Shown: positions 40,329-51,581, counted from the first letter of the stretch. The stretch: DNA of 64,000 nt from Nitrospirota bacterium (GCA_963749655.1 CAVVOB010000018.1:128001-192000); one strand, 5' to 3'. The notes: generated by a model not told the origin, from the sequence alone. Translations and numbers: made by a program.

Positions 40329-40943
40329 ATGAACCGCATTATAAAGAAATACGCTCAATTCCTCGAACGCTCCAACACCGTCTTTGCAAAAGCAGCATCG
40401 AAGTATGGAGTGGGTTGTAAACGGGGTTGTCATGAGTGCTGTTCCGTCGGCTTTTTCGACATCACCCTGCTGGACGCCATCTACCTGCGCAATGCCCTGA
40501 AGCAGGTCCCTGCTCCGGTCAGGGAAAAGGTAATTGCGCGAGCCAATGAACAGCTCGATATCCTCGAAAAGAAGAAAGCCTTTTCCCGCAAGGACCCCCT
40601 TCTCAAATCGCTGCCCGCTATCGATTCCATTTCGCGCCGCTCGGCCAAGATGCGCTGCCCCGCGCTGGACGACAACGGAGCGTGCCTGATCTACAACCAG
40701 CGACCGCATATCTGCCGCATCTTCGGGCCGACGATCCGCGGTCCGCGGCGCGCTGTAAGGCTCGAAGGCTGCGGCTATTTTTCGAAGGACATCCCGGAGT
40801 CCGATTTCCCGATCTTCGATCATTACGACGAGGAGAGGGAGCTGCAGAAAGCCATGTTCAAAAAGGCGGGAAGGAAGCGCACCCGTGCAGTCGATACGAT
40901 CATCCCGGCTGCTTTGACCCTTGACCTGAAAAAATGGCTGTAA
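40329..40943 (+). CDS. YkgJ/FliB-like cysteine-cluster protein
   Basis: CKRGCHECC ... CPALDDNGACLIYNQRPHICRIFG. Confidence 0.88.
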   Translation: MNRIIKKYAQFLERSNTVFAKAASKYGVGCKRGCHECCSVGFFDITLLDAIYLRNALKQVPAPVREKVIARANEQLDILEKKKAFSRKDPLLKSLPAIDSISRRSAKMRCPALDDNGACLIYNQRPHICRIFGPTIRGPRRAVRLEGCGYFSKDIPESDFPIFDHYDEERELQKAMFKKAGRKRTRAVDTIIPAALTLDLKKWL

Positions 40944-41133
40944 GAAACTACAGCAGAGACCGCGGATAAACCCGGAAATAATGTTAACCACGGATGAACA
41001 CTGATAAACACGGATACGTCTGATATGTAAATATGGTTATTAATCCGCCAGCGTGAATTGATTTGGATTAATGGGCATTTTCGATTCTGATCTTCTCCGG
41101 GTTGATCCGTAGTTCTTACTGCCGTGTACCCTT

Positions 41134-41682
41134 ATGGAAATCATCAGTAAAAAGACCGTCTGGAAGGGCAATTTCATGAGCGCCGTGGAGATCACCTACC
41201 GCGATGCCAAGGGGGTCGTCCGCACCTGGGAAGCGCTCGAGCGCGTCGGGATCAAGGGCATCGTCATCATGGTCGCCGTCACGCCGTCGGGGAACGTTAT
41301 TCTTGAGAAACAGTTTCGTCCTCCCATGGGAAGAGACGTGCTGGAGCTGCCGGCCGGACTCGTCGAGGCGGATGAGTCCATGGATACGGCCGCCACACGC
41401 GAATTGATCGAGGAAACGGGCTGGTCCGCCGGAAAGGTAGAATTTCTTGCCGAAGGCCCCATTTCCACGGGGGCCTCGACAGAGGCGCTCAAGGCATATC
41501 TGTGTACGGACCTGACCTTTGTGGGAAAGAACGGCGGCGACGACAACGAGATCATCGAGGTGATTGAAGTGCCCCTGTCGCAGGCGCAGGAGTATCTCAG
41601 GAATGCGCAGCTGAAGGGAATGCTCGTGGACCTCAAGGTCTTCGGACTGGTGGAAATGGCGAGAAAAGCGCTGGAAAAATAA
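41134..41682 (+). CDS. NUDIX hydrolase (ADP-ribose pyrophosphatase-like)
   Basis: Nudix box GLVEADESMDTAATRELIEETGW; QFRPP. Confidence 0.92.
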   Translation: MEIISKKTVWKGNFMSAVEITYRDAKGVVRTWEALERVGIKGIVIMVAVTPSGNVILEKQFRPPMGRDVLELPAGLVEADESMDTAATRELIEETGWSAGKVEFLAEGPISTGASTEALKAYLCTDLTFVGKNGGDDNEIIEVIEVPLSQAQEYLRNAQLKGMLVDLKVFGLVEMARKALEK

Positions 41683-41688
41683 TTCAGC

Positions 41689-41835
41689 AGTTTTGAGTTT
41701 TGAGTTTCTAGTTTTTAGTTGGGAAGAACTAAGACCATCCTAAACAGTGTAATCTCCGGTTAACAATGTCCTAACGTGCGCTTTCCCCGGCCCATCGCAA
41801 CCAACTCAAAATTCAAAACTCACAACTCAAAACTG
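41689..41835. repeat. Inverted pair of 7-nt tandem repeats (AGTTTTG / CAAAACT family)
   Basis: (AGTTTTG)n arm at 41689-41722 and (CAAAACT)n arm at 41801-41834; related copies at 5531, 7432, 11353-11433, 51513. Confidence 0.85.
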
Positions 41836-41838
41836 CAT

Positions 41839-42417
41839 TTATGAAACCAGCTTCTTCCCCGCCTCATAGGCGTCCTGCAGCGCCGTGGGATGCGATTTGA
41901 TCGCTCCCTTTTCGTCAACGGAATCATAGGCCAGCAGCGCATGCTCCCGGACATTCACGGTCCTGAAAAAAGCCCGGACGGTCGCTTCAGCGCAATCGAA
42001 TCCTACGTTCTTTTCATTCCGCCTCATGCCGCCGATGAGCAGCAGCAGGCCCTTGCGGCCGAAGGGGCCCGCGGGAACCGGATTGCTGTGCACGTATTTT
42101 TCGGCCCAGAAGGACTGGCACCGGTCGATCATGATCTTGGTCTGGGCGCTGACGCTGAAAAAGAAAATAGGGGACGCCACGACGATCCTGTCCGCCTGAC
42201 GGATGTCGTCATGGATGCGCTGCATATCGTCCTTGATCACGCAGCGGGCCGTGTCGTCGCATTTTCCGCAGTTCAGACACGGCCGGAGGTCCATTGACGC
42301 GAGAGGATGCAGCGTTACGGATCCCCCGTTCGCCTCGATGCCCCGCAGTGTTTCCGCCAGCAGGATCTCGGTGTTTCCGTTTTTCCGGGGGCTTCCGTTA
42401 AAAGCGATCACCTTCAT
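41839..42417 (-). CDS. Iron-sulfur flavoprotein / NADPH-dependent FMN reductase family
   Basis: GSPRKNGNT, CLNCGKCDDTARC, ASPIFF, KIMIDR. Confidence 0.9.
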   Translation of the reverse strand: MKVIAFNGSPRKNGNTEILLAETLRGIEANGGSVTLHPLASMDLRPCLNCGKCDDTARCVIKDDMQRIHDDIRQADRIVVASPIFFFSVSAQTKIMIDRCQSFWAEKYVHSNPVPAGPFGRKGLLLLIGGMRRNEKNVGFDCAEATVRAFFRTVNVREHALLAYDSVDEKGAIKSHPTALQDAYEAGKKLVS

Positions 42418-42480
42418 TGCAGTTCTGCCTTCCCTTCAACAACAGCGTGGACACGCCGAGTTCCGCTTCCCGAAATTTCG

Positions 42481-43134
42481 TCACGGGAGCAGTGTCGCCA
42501 AGCGGCATTTAAAATCACCGATTCCCGTAAAATGGATCGTTTGCAGTCCGCGGCTCCGCGCCCGCTCAATGTGTTTGCCATTATCGTCGACGAAGAGCGC
42601 GTGCCGGGGCTCTACGCCGAGTTCCCTGCAAACGTCCGTGAAAACCGAGGCATCGCGCTTGCTCTTGCCGGTTCTGAAGGAATTAAAAACGCGGTCAAAG
42701 TGCCGGTACAATCCTGCAGTCCGGTCCAACTCCTCGAGCCAGTCCGTCTGGTCGCTCAGCATCGCCACCGTGATCCCCCGGCACCTCAGGCGGTCCACGA
42801 TCGACAGCATCTCCGGCCTGGGCGTAAACCGGTCGAGAATTTCGCGCCTGAGAGCTTCGTCGTCGTCGCTGATTCCGGTCCGTGACCTGACGGCATTCCA
42901 GAATGCTGCTTCATCCGCCGTGCCAAGAAGATATCCTGTTTCGAATATGAGCCCATCGACGGTTTTGAAAAAAACTTCGGGATCGAGGCCGCTCCTGCTT
43001 CCGATGGCCCTCAGCCCGTCCCGGAAGCCTTCTTCGGCGATAACGCCCCCAAAATCGATGAGTATCGTTGTGATTGCAGAGAAAGCGTCCGGAGCAGACT
43101 TCGGGTCGCCTTTGATTCTCCAGGAAGAAAACAA
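42481..43134 (-). CDS. HAD-family phosphatase (start uncertain)
   Basis: IDFGGVI, MLSDQ, GKSKRD, LFVDD motifs. Confidence 0.82.
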   Translation of the reverse strand: MFSSWRIKGDPKSAPDAFSAITTILIDFGGVIAEEGFRDGLRAIGSRSGLDPEVFFKTVDGLIFETGYLLGTADEAAFWNAVRSRTGISDDDEALRREILDRFTPRPEMLSIVDRLRCRGITVAMLSDQTDWLEELDRTAGLYRHFDRVFNSFRTGKSKRDASVFTDVCRELGVEPRHALFVDDNGKHIERARSRGLQTIHFTGIGDFKCRLATLLP

Positions 43135-43201
43135 AGCATCCTCCTCGTATTTTGAATCGTAACGTCCTCGTCGGTAAATAGCTTTTTTTCATCGCGACCG
43201 C

Positions 43202-43822
43202 AAAAACGGTTTCACCGCAGAGCACGCTAAGAACGCAAAGAATATCCCGGCAAATCATTACTGGATCTTTTATGCTCTGCACAGCTTAGACTTACATCTC
43301 ATGCTGAAATTGTTCACCGCAGAAGACGCAGAACACACAGATAAAGTCCGGCAAAAGATTCAAAGAAAGGCATTCTCCATTTCTGCGTTCTTCTGCGCTT
43401 TCTGCGGTAAAAACGGTTTCACCGAAGAGCACGCTGAGAGCGCAGAGAATAGCCCGGCAAATCATTACTGGATCTTTTATGCTCTGTGCAGCTTAGACTT
43501 AAATCTCATGCTGAAATTGTTCACCGCAGAAGACGCAGAACACGCAGACAAAGTCCGGCAAAAGATTCAAAAAAAGGCATTCTCCATTTCTGCGTTCTTC
43601 TGCGCTTTCTGCGGTAAAAAAGGTTTCACCGAAGAGCAGGCTGAGAGCGCAGAGAATAGCCCGGCAAATCATTACTGGATCTTTTATGCTCTGTGCAGCT
43701 TAGACTTAAATCTCATGCTGAAATTGTTCACCGCAGAAGACGCAGAACACGCAGACAAAGTCCGGTAAAAGATTCAAAGAAAGGCATTCTCCATTTCTGC
43801 GTTCTTCTGCGCTTTCTGTGGT
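43202..43822. repeat. Three tandem 207-bp repeats built from CACCGCAGA...TCTGCGGT palindromic elements
   Basis: Unit starts at 43202, 43409 and 43616; units nearly identical. Confidence 0.92.
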
Positions 43823-44033
43823 AAAAAAGGTTCTTATGTGTTTGGGTATTAATAATGTTTCCGTTCTACGCTCGTTGATTAACGCGGCCGACTGTGTTTA
43901 TTTCGGTCACGAAGGATTTTTCACGTCGCAAACCGCAGGCGCAGCAGCCGGAAACGCAAGCACGAGGCACGGAATTCCGGAGTGCATTCATGCACATACC
44001 ATAACACATCAGGAGCATGACTGCAAAAAAAAC

Positions 44034-44061
44034 TTGACTATCTCCCTCTACTCTGTATAAT
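44034..44061 (+). promoter_or_regulatory. sigma70 promoter for dprA
   Basis: TTGACT-16nt-TATAAT. Confidence 0.55.
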
Positions 44062-44104
44062 TTCTAACCTTGAGTGCAAAAAAAACCGCGGTACGGTCGG
44101 CCTG

Positions 44105-45208
44105 ATGCAGAATGCCACGGATCCTCTTCTCTCCTGGATAGGGCTCAGCAGCGTTCCCGGAGTGGGAAGAACAACATTCAGAAAGCTCGTTGCACGATTC
44201 GGCTCTCCGGAACGGGCGCTGTTCGCTTCACAGCGCGAGCTTGCTTCCGTCGACGGCGTCCCGCAAAAGACCATCGACGCACTGAGCTCTTTTGCATGGC
44301 GGACGTTTGCCGGGGAAGAACTGGCCAGGGCTGCGGCATCAGGGGTCCGCATCATAACTACGGACGACCCGGCCTATCCCGTCAATCTGAAAAATATCGC
44401 CGACTCGCCCCTCTATCTCTATGTCAGGGGCAATCTCGTTGCCGGTGATGAAAATGCCGTAGCAATCGTGGGTACCCGCAGGCCGTCCCACTTCGGCAGG
44501 ATGGTGACAAACCGTCTGTCCTCCGGTCTCGCCTCCGCGGGACTGACCATCGTAAGCGGCCTGGCGCGCGGCATCGACACGGAAGCCCACCGTGGAGCGC
44601 TCGCGGCGCAGGGCAGGACCATAGCCGTGCTGGGATGCGGCATCGACGTCGCGTACCCGCCGGAGAACAAAGCGCTCATAGAACAGATCTGCAGGTCAGG
44701 GGCCGTGATCGCGGAAAACGCCTTCGGCACGATGCCGGAAGCCGGCTACTTCCCGGCCCGGAACAGAATCATAAGCGGCCTGTCCCGGGGGACCGTGATC
44801 ATTGAAGCAACCAGCGACAGCGGCTCCCTCATAACAGCGAAGTATGCAACGGAGCAAGGCAGAAAGCTCTTCGCCGTCCCGGGAAACGCCGGCGCCCCGA
44901 CCAGCAAGGGAACAAACAGCCTGATCAAAAACGGAACGCTGCTGGTTGAATGCGCCGAGGACCTTCTGAAAGAACTCGGCGGCGGCCGCGCCGGTTCGGG
45001 GAAGACGCAAGCACGCGATCTTCCGATCCTGTCACCGGTCGAATCTGCGGTACTGCAGTTCGTGACCGGAGAACCCAAGCATATTGATGTGCTGATGCGT
45101 GAAAGCCGGCTCACGGCCGGACCGCTGAGCGGCGCCTTGATAAACCTGGAATTAAAGGGACTGGTCAGGCAACTCACGGGAAAATATTTTGTCAGGCACG
45201 AAGAGTGA
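44105..45208 (+). CDS. dprA: DNA processing protein DprA
   Basis: VAIVGTR, IVSGLARGID, FPARNRIISGLS, SGSLITA; C-terminal winged helix. Confidence 0.96.
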   Translation: MQNATDPLLSWIGLSSVPGVGRTTFRKLVARFGSPERALFASQRELASVDGVPQKTIDALSSFAWRTFAGEELARAAASGVRIITTDDPAYPVNLKNIADSPLYLYVRGNLVAGDENAVAIVGTRRPSHFGRMVTNRLSSGLASAGLTIVSGLARGIDTEAHRGALAAQGRTIAVLGCGIDVAYPPENKALIEQICRSGAVIAENAFGTMPEAGYFPARNRIISGLSRGTVIIEATSDSGSLITAKYATEQGRKLFAVPGNAGAPTSKGTNSLIKNGTLLVECAEDLLKELGGGRAGSGKTQARDLPILSPVESAVLQFVTGEPKHIDVLMRESRLTAGPLSGALINLELKGLVRQLTGKYFVRHEE

Positions 45209-45311
45209 CGCCTCTCCGCCGGCTGCCGGTTTGCCGGAGGAAAACCGTGATTTTTTAATTGGCTATCGTTTCCGGACGGCTTCGTGGTATAATCAGTGGT
45301 TGGAGGATCTA

Positions 45312-45785
45312 TTGGACGAACGAATGATGACCCTGTTCTCGCTCATCGCGGACCAGGTTCAAAAAAAACAGGAGCTGTTCGAAGAGGAAGGCAAGATCAT
45401 GCAGACGCTGCTGAACAGCGGCTATCGGCTGAACGAGGCCGACGCGGCGCTGACGCTCATGCAGACGCTGGTAAACAAACAATCGGAGGAGCTGTTCACG
45501 AACATGCCCTCCGCCGCTTCAGGGATGCGCGCGATGAACCGGGAGGAGCGTGAGCGGTTCAGTGTCGACGCATTCGGCTTCGTAACGAAGCTTGCAAACC
45601 TGGGGATCATCTCCGATGACCAGCGCGAAGAACTGCTGGAGCGGGCTATGTCGGTTTATACCGAACGCATCGAGGTGGACCATATCAAAAGCCTGGTGGC
45701 TTTTACCCTGTTCGTTCACCCCCATGAACAGGAGGGGCATGCGCCCACGGTCAACCGGCGCACGAAGAAGACCTCCTGGAACTAG
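45312..45785 (+). CDS. Smg/DUF494-like protein
   Basis: Lies between dprA and topA; SD GGAGG before TTG 45312; MRAMNREERERF, QREELLERA. Confidence 0.75.
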   Translation: MDERMMTLFSLIADQVQKKQELFEEEGKIMQTLLNSGYRLNEADAALTLMQTLVNKQSEELFTNMPSAASGMRAMNREERERFSVDAFGFVTKLANLGIISDDQREELLERAMSVYTERIEVDHIKSLVAFTLFVHPHEQEGHAPTVNRRTKKTSWN

Positions 45786-45901
45786 CTGATCGAAAGTGTC
45801 ATGACTGCGGGAGCGGATGCTCGGCGCGTCGACCATGTGCCCGAAGCTCGACGATGCCCGGCCCGGCGCGCTCCCCGGCCTTGATGAAGGTTTGAACAAT
45901 T

Positions 45902-48208
45902 ATGAAATCACTGGTCATAGTCGAATCTCCTGCAAAAGCGAAGACCATTGCCAAGTACCTGGGCAAAGACTACACGGTCAAGGCGTCGGTGGGTCACATC
46001 ATGGACCTCCCGAAGAGCAAACTCGGCGTTGATGTCGAAAACGACTTCGAGCCCAAGTACATCCAGATCAAGGGCAAGGCTCCGGTGGTCAGGGAGCTGA
46101 AATCAGCCGCAAAAAAAGCCGACCGCATCCTGATCGCAACCGACCCCGACCGCGAGGGCGAAGCCATCGCCCACCATGTCGCGGAGACCATCGCGGGCAG
46201 CGCGAAGACGCAGGAGATCTACCGCGTCCTGTTCAACGAGATCACGAAGAAAGCCATCCTCCTGGCCATCGAGCATCCCGGCAAGATCGACGCGAACAAG
46301 GTCGACGCGCAGCAGGCTCGGCGCGTGCTCGACCGTCTCGTAGGCTACCAGATCAGCCCCATCCTGTGGCAGAAAGTCCGCCGCGGTCTTTCCGCCGGCC
46401 GCGTCCAGTCCGTTGCGCTCCGTCTGATCTGCGAGCGCGAAGAGGAGATCAAGGCCTTCGTTCCCGAGGAATTCTGGTCGCTCACGGCCCTCCTTGAAGG
46501 GAAGCTGCCGCCCCAGTTCGAAGCCAAGCTCCTCAAGAAGGACGAGGAAAAGCTCAAGGTCAAGAACAACGACGAGGTCCAGAAAATCCTCGCGGACCTT
46601 CAAAATGCGACCTACACGGTCTCCCGGGTGGAAAAGAAGGAACGACGACGCAACCCCGTTCCCCCGTTCACCACGAGCAAGCTGCAGCAGGAAGGCGTCC
46701 GGAAGCTCGGATTTACCGCAAAACGAACCATGGGCATCGCCCAGTCTTTGTATGAAGGCGTCGACATCGGCGAGGAAGGTACGGTCGGCCTCATCACCTA
46801 TATGAGGACCGACTCGACCCGCGTCGGCAAGGAAGCGCAGGACGAAGCCCGCGAGTTCATCGCGTCCAAATACGGCAAGGACTATCTGCCTGAAAAGGCC
46901 CCGGTGTATGCCAGCGCCAAATCAGCGCAGGAAGCCCACGAGGCCATTCGCCCCACGTCGGTCCTGAGGGAGCCGGACGCCATCAAGAAGCACCTTGCGC
47001 CGGAGCAGTACAAGCTGTACAAGCTCATCTGGAACCGCTTCGTTGCGAGCCAGATGAATCCGGCGATCATAGACCAGACTTCCATCGACGTCACGGCAGC
47101 CGGCTACGTGTTCCGGGCTACGGGATCGATCGTGAAGTTTCCCGGATTCATGGCCGTCTACCTGGAGGAAAAATCCGAAGACCAGGCGCCGTCTGAAGAG
47201 GATAACAGCGAAGCGGTTCTGCCGCCCCTTGCCGAGGGAGATAGCCTGACGCTCATCAAGCTCGACCCCAAACAGCACTTCACCCAGCCCCCGCCCCGTT
47301 TTTCCGAGGCCTTGCTTGTGAAAACGCTGGAGGAAAAAGGCATCGGCAGGCCGAGCACCTATGCCGCCATCATCTCGACCATTCAGGACCGCGATTATGT
47401 GAACAAGGTCGAGAACAAATTCCGCCCCACGGAGCTGGGCGTGCTCGTGAATACGCTTCTGGTGAGCCATTTCCCGGTGGTCATGGACGTGGCGTTCACC
47501 GCAAAGATGGAAGACGAACTCGACAAGATCGAAGAAGGCCAGATGCCCTGGGTTGACGCTGTCCGGGATTTTTATCGGCCCTTCAGCGAAAGCCTGGAAA
47601 AGGCCCAGGCCGAGATGAAGGATTTCAAGGCCGAGCAGACGCCCACCGACATCAACTGCGAAAAATGCGGCAAGCCCATGATCATCAAGTGGGGCAGGAA
47701 CGGCCAGTTCCTCGCCTGCAGCGGCTACCCGGACTGCAAAAACACGAAGCCCTTCGTCCGCACCGAGAACGGCGGCGTCGAGGCGGCGCCCGAAGAGACG
47801 ACCGACGAGAAATGTCCCAAATGCGGCTCCGACATGGTCGTCAAACGCGGCCGGTTCGGAAAGTTTCTGGCCTGCTCGCGCTATCCCGAATGCAACCATA
47901 CCCAGGGGATGTCCACCGGCGTCATCTGTCCCGAGGACGGCGGCAAGATCGTCGAACGCCGCTCGCGCTTCGGCAAGGTCTTCTATTCCTGCGCCAATTA
48001 TCCGGACTGCAAGTACGCCATCTGGTACAAGCCTGTAACACGCGCCTGCCCGCAGTGCGCCGCGCCTTTCCTTGTAGAAAAGTATTCGAAAAAAACGGGC
48101 GCCTATATTGCCTGCCAGAACAAGGAATGCGGATACAAGGAAGAACCGAAAACGGAAACGGCAGCGCAGGACAGCGAACAGAAACAGGACGTTCCCGTCG
48201 GCTCGTAG
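45902..48208 (+). CDS. topA: DNA topoisomerase I
   Basis: IVESPAKAKTI, DPDREGEAI, SAGRVQS, LITYMRTDS; C-terminal Zn ribbons. Confidence 0.98.
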   Translation: MKSLVIVESPAKAKTIAKYLGKDYTVKASVGHIMDLPKSKLGVDVENDFEPKYIQIKGKAPVVRELKSAAKKADRILIATDPDREGEAIAHHVAETIAGSAKTQEIYRVLFNEITKKAILLAIEHPGKIDANKVDAQQARRVLDRLVGYQISPILWQKVRRGLSAGRVQSVALRLICEREEEIKAFVPEEFWSLTALLEGKLPPQFEAKLLKKDEEKLKVKNNDEVQKILADLQNATYTVSRVEKKERRRNPVPPFTTSKLQQEGVRKLGFTAKRTMGIAQSLYEGVDIGEEGTVGLITYMRTDSTRVGKEAQDEAREFIASKYGKDYLPEKAPVYASAKSAQEAHEAIRPTSVLREPDAIKKHLAPEQYKLYKLIWNRFVASQMNPAIIDQTSIDVTAAGYVFRATGSIVKFPGFMAVYLEEKSEDQAPSEEDNSEAVLPPLAEGDSLTLIKLDPKQHFTQPPPRFSEALLVKTLEEKGIGRPSTYAAIISTIQDRDYVNKVENKFRPTELGVLVNTLLVSHFPVVMDVAFTAKMEDELDKIEEGQMPWVDAVRDFYRPFSESLEKAQAEMKDFKAEQTPTDINCEKCGKPMIIKWGRNGQFLACSGYPDCKNTKPFVRTENGGVEAAPEETTDEKCPKCGSDMVVKRGRFGKFLACSRYPECNHTQGMSTGVICPEDGGKIVERRSRFGKVFYSCANYPDCKYAIWYKPVTRACPQCAAPFLVEKYSKKTGAYIACQNKECGYKEEPKTETAAQDSEQKQDVPVGS

Positions 48209-48281
48209 TCCCCGCTTCCTCCCGTCCTCCGGAGACCGGATGATCCTTGCAAAACCCGACCTGATACGCTAAAGTATCTGT

Positions 48282-49163
48282 ATGCGGAAGCACATCTTCG
48301 ACTTCATCGCCTATCTGAAAAATCGCAAAAACGTCTCACCCCATACCGAACGCAGCTATCTCTCGGACCTCGATCAGTTTGCCGATTTCCTCGGCAAAAC
48401 GGAGCTTGCCGCAGTCGACCATCTGAAACTCCGGGACTTCATCGCCCATCTCATGAAGAACGGGGTCAAGAAGTCGTCGATCAGCCGCAAGCTCTCCGCC
48501 ATCCGTTCGTTCTTCAAGTACCTGAACCGGGAAGGCATTCTGGAACACAATCCTACCCGGCTCGTTGCTTCGCCGCGCAGGGAAAAACGTCTGCCTGCTG
48601 TTTTGACCGTCGATGATGCCCTGCGTCTCATGCAGGCGCCGGGGAATACGAACGATGCCGCGCCGCGTGACCGAGCTGTGCTCGAAACGCTGTATTCCAG
48701 CGGCATACGCGCAAGCGAGCTCATCGGCATGAATCGCGAGGACGTCGATCGCAGGGAACGGCTCATCCGCATCCGCGGCAAGGGGAAAAAGGAACGGATC
48801 GTACCGATCGGGAGCACGGCGCTGCAGGCCATCGAGACGTACCTCAACGGGAAAAAATCGGGAGCGGACAACCCCGCAGTCTTCACGGGCCCTTCCGGAA
48901 AACGCTTGACAGCCCGGACGGTTCAGCGTATTTTAGAAAACTGCAGAAAAGAGCTGGGGTTGGCGCAAAAAGCAAGCCCACACACGCTCCGCCACAGTTT
49001 TGCAACGCACCTGCTCGAATCGGGCGCGGACCTTCGTGCGATCCAGGAGCTGCTCGGTCATGCAAGCCTTTCGACGACCCAGCGCTACACGCATCTTAAT
49101 CTCGATTCGCTCATGGATGTCTACGACAAAGCCCATCCCAGGGCGAGACGCCGCAAAGCATAG
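48282..49163 (+). CDS. xerC: Tyrosine recombinase XerC
   Basis: [43 protein letters not shown]; upstream of hslVU. Confidence 0.92.
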   Translation: MRKHIFDFIAYLKNRKNVSPHTERSYLSDLDQFADFLGKTELAAVDHLKLRDFIAHLMKNGVKKSSISRKLSAIRSFFKYLNREGILEHNPTRLVASPRREKRLPAVLTVDDALRLMQAPGNTNDAAPRDRAVLETLYSSGIRASELIGMNREDVDRRERLIRIRGKGKKERIVPIGSTALQAIETYLNGKKSGADNPAVFTGPSGKRLTARTVQRILENCRKELGLAQKASPHTLRHSFATHLLESGADLRAIQELLGHASLSTTQRYTHLNLDSLMDVYDKAHPRARRRKA

Positions 49164-49198
49164 TGACTGAATCAAGCAATCCTGAAGCAGGAGGTATC

Positions 49199-49741
49199 AT
49201 GGGAGAAATAACCCCGCTGTACGGAACGACTATCCTGGCCGTCCGGCGGAACGGCAAGACCGCCATCGGGGGAGATGGTCAGGTCACGGTGGGAACTACC
49301 GTGATGAAACACAACGCCAAAAAAGTGCGGAAGCTCTACAACGAGAAGATCCTTGCCGGGTTTGCCGGGGCAACAGCCGATGCATTCACGCTGTTCGAAA
49401 AATTCGAGGCCAAACTCGAACAGTACCGCGGCAACCTGACACGAGCCGCCGTTGAGCTTGCGAAGGACTGGCGCACCGACAGGGTGCTGCGCAGGCTCGA
49501 GGCGCTGATGATCGTTGCGGACCAGGAGCGGTCGTTCATTCTCTCGGGAAACGGCGACGTCATCGAGCCGGAGAATGGAATCGCGGCAATCGGTTCCGGC
49601 GGACCCTACGCCCTGTCGGCCGCCCGAGCGCTTGCGGACCATACACAGCTTGATGCCCGCACGATCGTTGCGGAGTCGATGAAGATCGCGGGAGAAATCT
49701 GCATCTATACGAACAAGGAAATCACGATCGAGGAGCTTTAA
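49199..49741 (+). CDS. hslV: ATP-dependent protease subunit HslV
   Basis: [29 protein letters not shown]; SD GGAGG. Confidence 0.97.
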   Translation: MGEITPLYGTTILAVRRNGKTAIGGDGQVTVGTTVMKHNAKKVRKLYNEKILAGFAGATADAFTLFEKFEAKLEQYRGNLTRAAVELAKDWRTDRVLRRLEALMIVADQERSFILSGNGDVIEPENGIAAIGSGGPYALSAARALADHTQLDARTIVAESMKIAGEICIYTNKEITIEEL

Positions 49742-49814
49742 CAATTGCGGATTGCGTAACACAGAGCACAAAAATCGGGTCTTTCGCTTTGGCTTGTATC
49801 CTGAACATGGCATT

Positions 49815-50115
49815 GAAACCACGGATGGAACCGGATAAAAGCTTAACAAGGCAAGCCTCAAACCAATGAAATTTGTAACCACAGATGAACATGGATAAAC
49901 ACGGATAGAAGCAAGTTTCTTAAATTTGTGTAAAGCTTTTCACCTGTGTTCATCTGTGTGTCCGGCGAAGCCGGACTTGTGGTTGCAAAACTTGACTCAA
50001 AATTCAAGATGTTGGTTCGTAAAGTACTTTAAAACAATAACAATTTTAACGAGGGCTTCTCCCGTAGAGCTTTACGGTTTTTATCCGTGTTTATCTGTGT
50101 TAATCCGTGGTTAAA
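49815..50115. repeat. Nested palindromic elements (ACCACAGAT/ACACGGAT family) between hslV and hslU
   Basis: CCACAGATGAACATGGATAAACACGGAT and the reverse arm ATCCGTGTTTATCTGTGTTAATCCGTGG; related copies at 21394 and 40988. Confidence 0.8.
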
Positions 50116-50165
50116 TGTTTTTTAGTTTCATCAAGTTCGAAATTTTGTAATGGTAGGGAGGCTTT

Positions 50166-51509
50166 TTGAAGAACGACCTGACACCGCGACAGACTGTTGA
50201 GGAGTTGGACCGCTATATCATCGGCCAGCACCGGGCCAAGCGCGCCGTTGCCATAGCGCTCCGGAACCGCTGGAGACGCCAACACCTCCCGGAAGCGCTC
50301 CGCGACGAAGTCATGCCGAAAAACATCATCATGATCGGACCGACGGGCGTTGGCAAGACCGAAATTGCGCGAAGACTCGCCAAGCTGGTCCAGGCTCCCT
50401 TTCTCAAAATCGAAGCATCGAAATTTACCGAAGTAGGGTACGTCGGTCGGGACGTGGATTCGATCATACGCGATCTCACCGAGATCGGCATCAACATGGT
50501 CAAAAGCGATATGGAGGAGCAGGTCAGGGAAAAGGCCGCCGCCATGGCCGAGGAACGGCTTGTCGATGTCTTGCTTCCGCCCCTCAGGAACTCTCCCGGC
50601 TTCGAGGCCCCTACCAGCGAGCAGCAGGAGCAGCACACATCGACGCGGGAGAAACTCAGGCAGCAGCTTCGCGAGGGCAAACTTGACAGCCGGACCGTCG
50701 AGATAGAGACCCGGGAAAAGGTCATGCCTTTCGGCATTGTCTCGAACGTGGGCCTGGAAGAGATCGAGATGAACCTCAAGGACATGCTCGGCGGGCTCCT
50801 GCCGGATAAAACCAAAAAACGCAAGCTCAAGGTGCCCGACGCGCTCAGGCTCCTGGTTCAGGAAGAAGCGTCCAAGCTCATCGATATGGAAAAAGTCACC
50901 CGCGACGCCCTCCAGCGCGTCGAACAGTCGGGAATCGTGTTCCTGGACGAGATCGACAAGATCGCCGGCCGCGAGTCCCATGGCCCCGATGTTTCCCGCG
51001 AGGGGGTGCAGCGGGACCTTCTGCCGATCGTGGAAGGATCGACGGTCGCGACGAAACACGGACCGGTCAAGACCGACCATATCCTCTTCATCGCCGCAGG
51101 CGCTTTTCATGTGTCGAAGCCGTCCGACCTCATTCCCGAGCTGCAGGGACGATTTCCAATCCGCGTAGAGCTGGAATCCCTCGGCAAAGAAGATTTCGTG
51201 CGCATTTTAACGGAGCCGCAGAATGCGCTGATCAAGCAGCAGGTCGCTCTGCTCGCAACAGAGGACATCACTCTGGACTTTACGAAGGAAGCAATCGAGG
51301 AAATAGCCGCCATCGCGGCGCAGGTCAATGAACGAACGGAGAATATCGGCGCCCGCAGGCTGCATACTATCGTGGAGCGGCTGCTCGATGAAATATCTTT
51401 TGACGCACCCGAGAAAAAAGGCGCCAGTTTCAACATCACCGCAGACTACGTACGCGAACGCATGACCGATGTTCTGAAGAGCGAGGACCTGAGCAGGTAC
51501 ATCTTGTAA
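50166..51509 (+). CDS. hslU: ATP-dependent protease ATPase subunit HslU
   Basis: [32 protein letters not shown]. Confidence 0.97.
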   Translation: MKNDLTPRQTVEELDRYIIGQHRAKRAVAIALRNRWRRQHLPEALRDEVMPKNIIMIGPTGVGKTEIARRLAKLVQAPFLKIEASKFTEVGYVGRDVDSIIRDLTEIGINMVKSDMEEQVREKAAAMAEERLVDVLLPPLRNSPGFEAPTSEQQEQHTSTREKLRQQLREGKLDSRTVEIETREKVMPFGIVSNVGLEEIEMNLKDMLGGLLPDKTKKRKLKVPDALRLLVQEEASKLIDMEKVTRDALQRVEQSGIVFLDEIDKIAGRESHGPDVSREGVQRDLLPIVEGSTVATKHGPVKTDHILFIAAGAFHVSKPSDLIPELQGRFPIRVELESLGKEDFVRILTEPQNALIKQQVALLATEDITLDFTKEAIEEIAAIAAQVNERTENIGARRLHTIVERLLDEISFDAPEKKGASFNITADYVRERMTDVLKSEDLSRYIL

Positions 51510-51581
51510 AACAAGTTTCGGGTTTCGAGTCTAGCTCGAAACAGAAAACTCGGGACGCGAGACATTATTCCTGGGGTTGTT

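Noticed and set aside
43202-43822. CRISPR array, or a real 155-aa repeat protein
   Set aside because: Whole 207-bp units repeat with no unique spacers and no cas genes; the ORF follows from the unit length being a multiple of 3 and has no SD
48282-49163. Phage or island integrase
   Set aside because: Conserved topA-xerC-hslVU-argB context and XerC motifs; no att sites or phage genes nearby
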